A stretch of 64,000 nt of DNA from an uncultured virus (IMG/VR IMGVR_UViG_3300011741_000001). Taxonomy: Duplodnaviria; Heunggongvirae; Uroviricota; Caudoviricetes. Position numbers and translations under genes: made by a program. A model generated the notes under the pieces. The model was not told the DNA's origin. It was given only the letters and a program-made list of their open reading frames with translations, and did no database searches. Below are positions 9,111-15,814 of the stretch, in pieces; position 1 is the stretch's first letter; each line of letters starts with the position of its first letter. Location: positions 124,001 through 188,000 of the IMG/VR virus record IMGVR_UViG_3300011741_000001; one strand, written 5' to 3'.

Positions 9111-10496
9111 ATGGACGCCACGTATCAGATAGTAACCAACCTATCATGCAACCTCGACTGCGAATACTGCTATGAACGCAAATACCCGCGTAACAACAAA
9201 GTGGCAGACGTGGTCGACTTTATTCACGCCTGTTTTAATCGTGATGTCAATCGTTTCCATAATGACATTAATGGTATTATTATTGATATCATTGGTGGCG
9301 AGCCGTTCATGCAGCCGAAGCTATTATACGCTGCATTCGAAACTGCGGAAGAACTGTGTAAGAAACACAACCTCCCGTACGTGTTCTCCATCTCGACCAA
9401 CGGCACGCTGTTCAACAAACCGCTGGCGCTCGAAATTCTGAACCGTTGGAAAGACGTGTTGTCTCTCGGCGTGTCGATTGACGGCCTGCCAGAAACCCAC
9501 GACCGTTACCGTATCTACACCACGTCCCGTAATGGTTCGTACGCAGATGCCGTTGCAGGTTATCACCTCGCCAAAAACATCGGTGTGCGTGAGATGGGCG
9601 TGAAAGCAACGTTCACCAAAGAAACCCTGATGCAATACGCGGCGGGTATGAAGTCACTGATTGACGTGACCGGCGGTGGTCGTCTGTACGGCAACGTGGT
9701 GTTTGAAGACGTGTTACCGCGTCAGATGGCGCTGGAGATTGCTAACCAGTTCATCGAAGTGGCCGAGTATTTCATCGAGAAGGGTTTGCACTTAGACCCG
9801 GAATCGGAAATCGGTCACGTGTTGCCAGACGGTCTGAACGTTGACCAGCTGTGGAACCCGGACTGGCGTGATAAGCTGATTCACGATGACGAAGTGCGCT
9901 ACAACAAAGAGCGTCTGCGTCCGCACTGCGGTACCACCGTGTACATGACCTGTCTCGGCTTTGACCGGAATATCTTCGGGTGTAACCGTTTCATGTCCAC
10001 CGTGACCACCCGTCAGGCTATCGGTAAACTCGAAGGCCAGACGATTGTGAACACCGACGGCGGGAAACTGTTGGCGGAAGTGCAGGAGCAGTGGAAGTCG
10101 TATCCGGATCAATGTATCGGTTGTCCTGCGAAGCACCTGTGCGCGTCGTGTGTGGCCGCTGCTTACGAGAACGGTGACGGCGAAGAAGATGCGCGTAAAG
10201 CGTATCACGGCGAACGTCGCCAGTGCGGTTGGACGACTGCGAAGCTGCTGGTTGCCCAGTGGTGGAAACAGCGTTTTGGTTCGTACGAGTCGCAGTATGA
10301 CAAGTCGGTGTGTAACTGTTACCAGTGCCGCCAGAAGCGCAACCTCGAAGCGGAATTCGCCGCTCAGGATGCAGCAGAACGCCCATTACACTTCACCGCT
10401 ATGAAAGAAGTGACCATGGCCGTTGAACAAACCCCTCGCAAGGAACAATTCAAAAATGAAGAACCTGCTGATCCAGGATTTTACGAAGTTCGATAG
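9111..10496 (+). CDS. Radical SAM/SPASM peptide maturase (CXXX-repeat target type)
   Basis: CNLDCEYC, IIGGEPF, STNGTL, SIDG..ETHD. SPASM-like Cys set CGT...GCNRF...CIGCPAKHLCASC...C, plus an extra CNCYQC. Confidence 0.92.
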   Translation: MDATYQIVTNLSCNLDCEYCYERKYPRNNKVADVVDFIHACFNRDVNRFHNDINGIIIDIIGGEPFMQPKLLYAAFETAEELCKKHNLPYVFSISTNGTLFNKPLALEILNRWKDVLSLGVSIDGLPETHDRYRIYTTSRNGSYADAVAGYHLAKNIGVREMGVKATFTKETLMQYAAGMKSLIDVTGGGRLYGNVVFEDVLPRQMALEIANQFIEVAEYFIEKGLHLDPESEIGHVLPDGLNVDQLWNPDWRDKLIHDDEVRYNKERLRPHCGTTVYMTCLGFDRNIFGCNRFMSTVTTRQAIGKLEGQTIVNTDGGKLLAEVQEQWKSYPDQCIGCPAKHLCASCVAAAYENGDGEEDARKAYHGERRQCGWTTAKLLVAQWWKQRFGSYESQYDKSVCNCYQCRQKRNLEAEFAAQDAAERPLHFTAMKEVTMAVEQTPRKEQFKNEEPADPGFYEVR

Positions 10497-11004
10497 CCGC
10501 AAAATCGAAGCGTTTCTGCAACACCATAAGCTGTTTAACGTGCATGCGATTGTGCCGGCAGATGCGTTTACGGATCAGTGGTTGAAACTCATGAACCGTT
10601 TTGCTATTAACGTGGTCGTGCCTTTGGACGGCGTCGATGATACGCACAACGGGTTGTTCGAAAGTGAGAAGCGTAACCCCGGTTTAGAAGCACGACTGTT
10701 AGCGGCTCCGGCCTCTAAGCTGAACATCCTGTTCCAGTCGTCATTAGAACCGGGTCACGGTAAAGCAGTGGCGCTGGCGCTGTCGTTCCCAGAGGTGCCG
10801 GTGTGGATGGTTCGTAACCCGGAAGGTCCATGCCAGTATTTTGACGACATGCAATTAGTGCGTGCGTTTGATGCAAATGATGCACCACTCCCGAACGTAC
10901 AGTATCGTTTAGACTTGCGTGCCGACTTCTACCCCGTGTCGTATGAGACGTTAACGAAGTCGGGTATTGTTGGAGAAAATGAATGCTTAGTGCTGGTGAA
11001 ATAA
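10456..11004 (+). CDS. Degenerate radical-SAM-like protein
   Basis: ATG 10456 (MKNLLIQD) preferred. VVVPLDGVDDTHN resembles the SIDG..ETHD strand of radical SAM barrels, but there is no CX3CX2C motif. Confidence 0.55.
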   Translation: MKNLLIQDFTKFDSRKIEAFLQHHKLFNVHAIVPADAFTDQWLKLMNRFAINVVVPLDGVDDTHNGLFESEKRNPGLEARLLAAPASKLNILFQSSLEPGHGKAVALALSFPEVPVWMVRNPEGPCQYFDDMQLVRAFDANDAPLPNVQYRLDLRADFYPVSYETLTKSGIVGENECLVLVK

Positions 11005-11624
11005 AAGCCCGCTTCGAGCAGAACCAAGGGATGATTGACCGTAATGGGTTGTTCTTTGACCCGAACGGTGAAATCTCGTTGGCGCAGCGTTTGCATTATG
11101 CATTGCTGGAAGGCTTGAGCGAAAAGGATGCGTTACGGAACCTGCAAGCGGATGGGGCGTCAGAGTTTGAGGCGAACTACACGCTGAAGCAGACCAAAAC
11201 GTTCATTAAAGATGTGCTGGAGATTGACATCGACAGTTACATCAAAGAGCAGCAGTCAACCACCGCGTACTCGTACCGTGAACTCGACACCAAACTCGAG
11301 GAAGCGAACACAGCGTATGCGGCAGCGGTGACCGCGGACATTACGTACAAAGACCACCAGTTCCAAACCAGTGAGGGTACCCTCTCCACACTGGGCAGCT
11401 ACGTACAGACCGAGACCTGGCCTGAGTATTGGGTCAGTTCGGATAACGCGGCAGTGGAAGACTGGACGGCTGACGACACGAAGCAGTTGTATGCGCTGAT
11501 TGTCGCCCGTAATGCCCAGCTGCATGTGGCACTCACTGCGTACAAAGTCCGTCTGCGTGCATTCGCAGAACAGGGCAATTACGCAGCGTTAAAAGCAGCG
11601 GAGTTTAATCCGTCTGTGGAGTGA
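10983..11624 (+). CDS. DUF4376-like tail fibre-associated protein
   Basis: C-terminal ITYKDHQFQT...WVSSDNA...TADD..QL...H...LK-type pattern typical of DUF4376. Confidence 0.6.
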   Translation: MLSAGEIKARFEQNQGMIDRNGLFFDPNGEISLAQRLHYALLEGLSEKDALRNLQADGASEFEANYTLKQTKTFIKDVLEIDIDSYIKEQQSTTAYSYRELDTKLEEANTAYAAAVTADITYKDHQFQTSEGTLSTLGSYVQTETWPEYWVSSDNAAVEDWTADDTKQLYALIVARNAQLHVALTAYKVRLRAFAEQGNYAALKAAEFNPSVE

Positions 11625-11628
11625 AACC

Positions 11629-11660
11629 GGTGCCCTTCGGGGCACCCTTCTTTATTTTTT
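11629..11660 (+). terminator. Rho-independent terminator closing the tail fibre/radical SAM operon
   Basis: GGTGCCC-TTCG-GGGCACC followed by a T-rich tract. Confidence 0.85.
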
Positions 11661-11702
11661 GCGTGTTGATATGAATTCGGGACACAAACAAGAGGATTTC
11701 CC

Positions 11703-12293
11703 ATGATCGACACCGCACGCTTTAGCCGTATGGGCATCATTAAAGCAAAAGTCAATATCGAAGCCGGGTATGTGAAAGACCCGGATGACCTCGGGGGCGA
11801 AACCATCTGGGGCGTGACCAAAGCCACTGCGCTGGAGTACGGTTACAAAGGCAACATGAAAGACATGCCACAGTCCACCGCGTACGACATCTACACCAAA
11901 CTGTGGTGGAACAAACTGTTGCTGGATGACATTGTGGCTATCAACCCGCTGCTGGCTGACCGTATGTTCGACTACGCGATTAACGCCGGCCGTGCCAACT
12001 GCGTGGAATCCCTGCAGCGTTTGCTGAACGTGCTGAACAATCAGGAAACCCACTACCCGGATATCGTGGTAGACAAAGGCATGGGGCCAAAAACCCGCGA
12101 CACCATCAAAGCGTTGTTCGCCAAACGTGGTGCCGAGGGCATGAACTACCTGATGATGGCACTCACCGGGATGCAGACCTATCACTACGTGGATATCTCT
12201 GAAAAGCGTAAAGCCAACGAGAAGTTCACCTACGGTTGGATGGGGCGTATCTGGGGCGAGATGTCTACGTACGCAAAAGCACTGTTTGGTTAA
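11703..12293 (+). CDS. Endolysin, glycoside hydrolase family 108 with C-terminal peptidoglycan-binding domain
   Basis: EAGYVKDPDDLGGETIWGVT catalytic motif, FDYAINAG, and a C-terminal NEKFTYGW. Confidence 0.9.
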   Translation: MIDTARFSRMGIIKAKVNIEAGYVKDPDDLGGETIWGVTKATALEYGYKGNMKDMPQSTAYDIYTKLWWNKLLLDDIVAINPLLADRMFDYAINAGRANCVESLQRLLNVLNNQETHYPDIVVDKGMGPKTRDTIKALFAKRGAEGMNYLMMALTGMQTYHYVDISEKRKANEKFTYGWMGRIWGEMSTYAKALFG

Positions 12294-12304
12294 GGAGAGG
12301 CATT

Positions 12305-12406
12305 ATGAAAGCCGAAGTTACTGAAGAAGGGGTCGTCAAACAAGGTCTCGGGGCGGTTGCTTTGGTGTTGTTCTTTAGTCGCTTGTTTGGGAAGGTAAAG
12401 AAATGA
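12305..12406 (+). CDS. Small membrane-type peptide (33 aa), not in the ORF track
   Basis: RBS AAGGAGAGG. Sequence MKAEVTEEGVVKQGLGAVALVLFFSRLFGKVKK. Its stop overlaps the next start (ATGA). Confidence 0.6.
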   Translation: MKAEVTEEGVVKQGLGAVALVLFFSRLFGKVKK

Positions 12407-13089
12407 GCCCATTGGACTTTACGTACCGTCGTTTAGAAGGTAAATGGTTTATCCTGACACAGGACTTCCATTACCCGTTTACGCTACGCACACTCTACCG
12501 CAACACCCCGGAGCTGGACAAGATGGTCGCCTTGGCGGGCGTCCACCCGGATGAGATGTTTTACATTACGGTACCGAAAGGGTTCGTGACTGACCTCGCG
12601 AGTATCCCGGAAGTCTTACAGAATGTGATGCACCCTGATGGGCCGTGGTCGCAAGCCGCGTGTCTGCACGACCTGCTCTACCAGAAGCGTTCCAGCGATG
12701 CCGTTTACCCGGACACTCCGTCGGGACGCCTCAGTCGGTCACACGACAAATACTTCGCGGATCTGATGTTCCTGCGGGTGATGGAAGCCACCGGTGTGAG
12801 TGAAGTCGTGGCCCGCAGTTTCTACGATGCGGTACACCTCTTCGGTCAGTCGTCTTACGTGGACGACAACTCCGATTGCCATTACACCCAGTTCTCAGAA
12901 AACACCGTGGAGTACGCGCGTAACTACCTGTTCTTCCGCCAAGCGTTAGAGCCGGCTGTACCGATTGATGAACGTCACGCGTTGGAGTCCGGTATCGCGT
13001 CGAACGTGAAATACCGTAACATCAAGCGGGCTTTCCTGACCGACCCTGAGAACGCCATAGAGGGCGTTAACTTGGAATCGGTTGCGTAA
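12403..13089 (+). CDS. DUF1353 family protein
   Basis: VPKGFVTDLASIP...AACLHDLLY...ADLMFLRVM motif set. Confidence 0.8.
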   Translation: MSPLDFTYRRLEGKWFILTQDFHYPFTLRTLYRNTPELDKMVALAGVHPDEMFYITVPKGFVTDLASIPEVLQNVMHPDGPWSQAACLHDLLYQKRSSDAVYPDTPSGRLSRSHDKYFADLMFLRVMEATGVSEVVARSFYDAVHLFGQSSYVDDNSDCHYTQFSENTVEYARNYLFFRQALEPAVPIDERHALESGIASNVKYRNIKRAFLTDPENAIEGVNLESVA

Positions 13090-13178
13090 CCAACCTAAGT
13101 CATGCTTGATTAGTAAAATCCCCTCAGAATGGCTTACAGAGCGTTCTGAGGGGTCTCTTAATGGATTTGGAGGTAATC

Positions 13179-14309
13179 ATGCTCGGCAGCAACACTATCA
13201 CCATGCAGTACATCATCGCAAACCAGAAAATCTTCAACTACGGGGATCTGGTTTACACGAATGTGGAACCTCGCGAACCCACCGACGATAATGCAGACGA
13301 CACCAAGTGTCTCGCCACGGCTCAACCGCGCTGTGAATACAACGGCACCAAAGAAATCACCTACAACCGGGCAGACGTAGCCACCCGATTAACTAACCAC
13401 CCAGTTGTGGCCAGTGGCAGTAATCCCGATTACCTGACCCGTGACTTGGCGTTTCGTCTGGGCCTGTTTCTGGATGCCGGGGATTTAAACGGGGTTGATT
13501 TAAGCCCTGTCACGGAACCCACGGAGATTACGTTTGCCCCCACACCGACGGCCTTCGCAGTACGGGGTAGTATAGCCGTCACCAAATGCATCCCGTGCGT
13601 CGTGGCGCGTGAGGCGGGCGAATGGCCAGAAGAACAACTCGGGACGAACGACAACCCCTTTTTAGTTGAAGCCGGTAAAGTGTATGAAATCCCCTTCAGT
13701 CGCATCCCGGATTTGGCGAAACTGGAAGACCACGCCTATCCGTACATTGGTGGTGAGTTACCCGGTAAATCCGTGGGGTACATCGACCACGGTTTCGATA
13801 CCTACCAAAAAGACGGGAAATGGTGGTTGCGTTATTACGCCCCGTTAATCTTTAACGCCAGCACCGTTGGCGGAACATCACCTCGCACCGTACAATTCAG
13901 CCTCACCAATCCGGAGTTGCAGGGAAACTTCACAGTCAAAGCGATGCCCAGCTCGACTGACACCGTGCCGACCTCGGAAGGGCCATGCTTACGGCAAGGT
14001 GCGACGTCGCCTGTTTCGCCCTACCAGCTTGCTCGCGGTGAATCCGTCATTATCCCCTATGAACTGATTAGCCAGATGGAATCTCCGGAACTTTCCCTCA
14101 CGGGTATTACTTGCACCGTGGAAGGGATTGTAGGTGCAATCTGTGTGACCCATTTGACAGGGGGTGTGGCTATTGGCCTGCCAAGCGACATCTATGTAAA
14201 AATAACCAACAACATCGACGGGGACGCCCAAAGCGGGAATGTCCAGTTTACTCACATGGCGGGTGAAACGAACCGAGGTACGACGATGTTGTACTTCACG
14301 TTCGAATAA
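13179..14309 (+). CDS. Virion structural protein (N-terminal paralogue module plus variable C-terminus)
   Basis: ATG 13179 after GGAGGT. YNGTKEITYNRAD...LGLFLDAGDL matches the shared N-terminal module of the paralogue array. Confidence 0.6.
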   Translation: MLGSNTITMQYIIANQKIFNYGDLVYTNVEPREPTDDNADDTKCLATAQPRCEYNGTKEITYNRADVATRLTNHPVVASGSNPDYLTRDLAFRLGLFLDAGDLNGVDLSPVTEPTEITFAPTPTAFAVRGSIAVTKCIPCVVAREAGEWPEEQLGTNDNPFLVEAGKVYEIPFSRIPDLAKLEDHAYPYIGGELPGKSVGYIDHGFDTYQKDGKWWLRYYAPLIFNASTVGGTSPRTVQFSLTNPELQGNFTVKAMPSSTDTVPTSEGPCLRQGATSPVSPYQLARGESVIIPYELISQMESPELSLTGITCTVEGIVGAICVTHLTGGVAIGLPSDIYVKITNNIDGDAQSGNVQFTHMAGETNRGTTMLYFTFE

Positions 14310-14342
14310 AAAAGAAAGCCCCTTACTCCGAAGAGTAAGGGG
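14308..14342 (-). terminator. Rho-independent terminator, probably bidirectional
   Basis: CCCCTTACTC-CGAA-GAGTAAGGGG with an A-tract on the left, between convergent genes. Confidence 0.8.
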
Positions 14343-14349
14343 TAACACT

Positions 14350-14925
14350 TTATTGCGCGGGTACCGCGGATTGCAATGCTGCAGCGTCATTCGCGCTCAA
14401 CGCCGGGTCAACCGACGGCGTAGGGGCTGTAGCCGGCGCAGTCGCATCACTCGACGGAGTAAGGGAACTAGCAGGGGTGGCAGTGGCCACGGCTGTATCG
14501 CTGGTTCCAACCTGACAACGGAAAAACGTCGCGCCTGTACCGTTACCGCTGGCATCCACATTGGAATAGGAATACGTTGGCGGGGTGGTATTCAATCGGT
14601 AATAACGGGTGCCCGTTAACAGGTCAACGTTCCCGTCGATTTTGCCCAGCAGGTCTTTATAGAGTTGCGGGGATTCCACCTTACCGCCGTCGAATGTGGC
14701 GACCCAGTTACTGCCATTATCAATCACGGTTACCGCAACAGGGTACAGTTTGACTTGTGTCAAATCCGGTTTCCATGCCACGAAGGTTTCCTGAGCACCG
14801 GTACAGGTGTAGGTCTGGAAATCAGTCGCAGGAACTGGTACGGTACTGAACTGGCCGTTCACTGTGGACAGTGCACAACCGCCCAGCATCAAAGTGAGCA
14901 TAAACGCGCAGATGAAACGTAACAT
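14350..14925 (-). CDS. Lipoprotein
   Basis: Signal peptide with lipobox LGGC. Ala/Pro/Thr-rich low-complexity C-terminus. Confidence 0.75.
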   Translation of the reverse strand: MLRFICAFMLTLMLGGCALSTVNGQFSTVPVPATDFQTYTCTGAQETFVAWKPDLTQVKLYPVAVTVIDNGSNWVATFDGGKVESPQLYKDLLGKIDGNVDLLTGTRYYRLNTTPPTYSYSNVDASGNGTGATFFRCQVGTSDTAVATATPASSLTPSSDATAPATAPTPSVDPALSANDAAALQSAVPAQ

Positions 14926-15064
14926 AAAACCATCCTCTGTGTGTAATCAAAATGATTATTTTCACCCGGCAACTGCGGGTCATAGTATAGTGAGCGGTCT
15001 GTGATTTACGCACACTAAACACTTTTTATGACAACCGTTGTCTACGTTTACAAGGGAAAACGCC

Positions 15065-15574
15065 ATGGCTACCAAACCATCTCATGAGCAGCTTGTTGAG
15101 CTTTACAATGCTGCAAACCCAGGGTTAGCGACTCCACTGACAGTTGATGATGTGGATTTTGCTGAACCCGCTGCGTCCGCTGAAGGCGCAGAGAAAAACA
15201 CCACGCTGGTTATCACTGCAAAAGGCAGCAGTGCCAATTTCAGTGGCTCGAAAGAACTGTCGTACACCCGTGTGACGTTTGCACCGGGCGCAACGCCAGT
15301 AACCGACGACAAAGCGAACTGGGATACTGACGCGAAAGTGTTGGCCAAGTTCAACGCCCTGCTGCAAGAGACCCGTCCAGAAGATGAGTTCGCAGAATCC
15401 GAAGTGACCATCACCTCTGCCGCTAACGCAGAAGATGCAACCAAGGAGGACGTGACTGTCGCGATTAACGCCGGTCACGCGAAGTTTCTGCCAGGTCAAG
15501 CTGTGGTGTGGACGATTAGCCAGGCCAAGTCAGATCTCGCCGACACCAACGGAGACCTCGACGGGTTCGAATAA
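15065..15574 (+). CDS. Virion structural protein (single paralogue module)
   Basis: ATG 15065. LVELYNAANP...KNTTLVITA...FSGSKELSYTR module. Ends NGDLDGFE. Confidence 0.75.
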   Translation: MATKPSHEQLVELYNAANPGLATPLTVDDVDFAEPAASAEGAEKNTTLVITAKGSSANFSGSKELSYTRVTFAPGATPVTDDKANWDTDAKVLAKFNALLQETRPEDEFAESEVTITSAANAEDATKEDVTVAINAGHAKFLPGQAVVWTISQAKSDLADTNGDLDGFE

Positions 15575-15776
15575 CGGAACAGGTACCGGCACCGGTAACA
15601 CGGGAACCGGTACAGGTTCTGGTACCACAACGCCTCCCAGCAGTGGTACAGGTTCGAGCGGTTCGGGGTCAGCCGTCACGATTGACATTGGTGTTAATCT
15701 GGGCGGGCTGGGTACAGTCATCGGCGGCGTCTTGGGCGCGGTCGGAGGCTTGCTCGGCGGTGGAAAAAAGAAGTAA
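15567..15776 (+). other. Start-less +1-frame ORF, candidate frameshift extension of the 15065 gene
   Basis: Reads SNNGTGTGTGNTGTGTGSG...IDIGVNLGGLGTVIGGVLGAVGGLLGGGKKK*. No ATG/GTG/TTG upstream in this frame back to the TGA at 15453. Confidence 0.5.
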
Positions 15777-15779
15777 AAG

Positions 15780-15814
15780 CTACACTCCCTTCGGGGAGTG
15801 TAGTCTTTTTTTTT
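15780..15814 (+). terminator. Rho-independent terminator, bidirectional position
   Basis: CTACACTCCC-TTCG-GGGAGTGTAG followed by a T9 run. Confidence 0.85.

Noticed and set aside
8210..10496. Radical SAM genes as QueE, NrdG or anaerobic sulfatase maturase
   Set aside because: No queuosine/7-deazaguanine, nrdD or sulfatase genes are nearby, whereas Cys-rich peptides are adjacent.
11660..15040. TATG late-promoter motifs (e.g. about 11671 and 15027)
   Set aside because: Plausible for phiKZ-like phages, but a 4-mer is too frequent to call without transcription start data.
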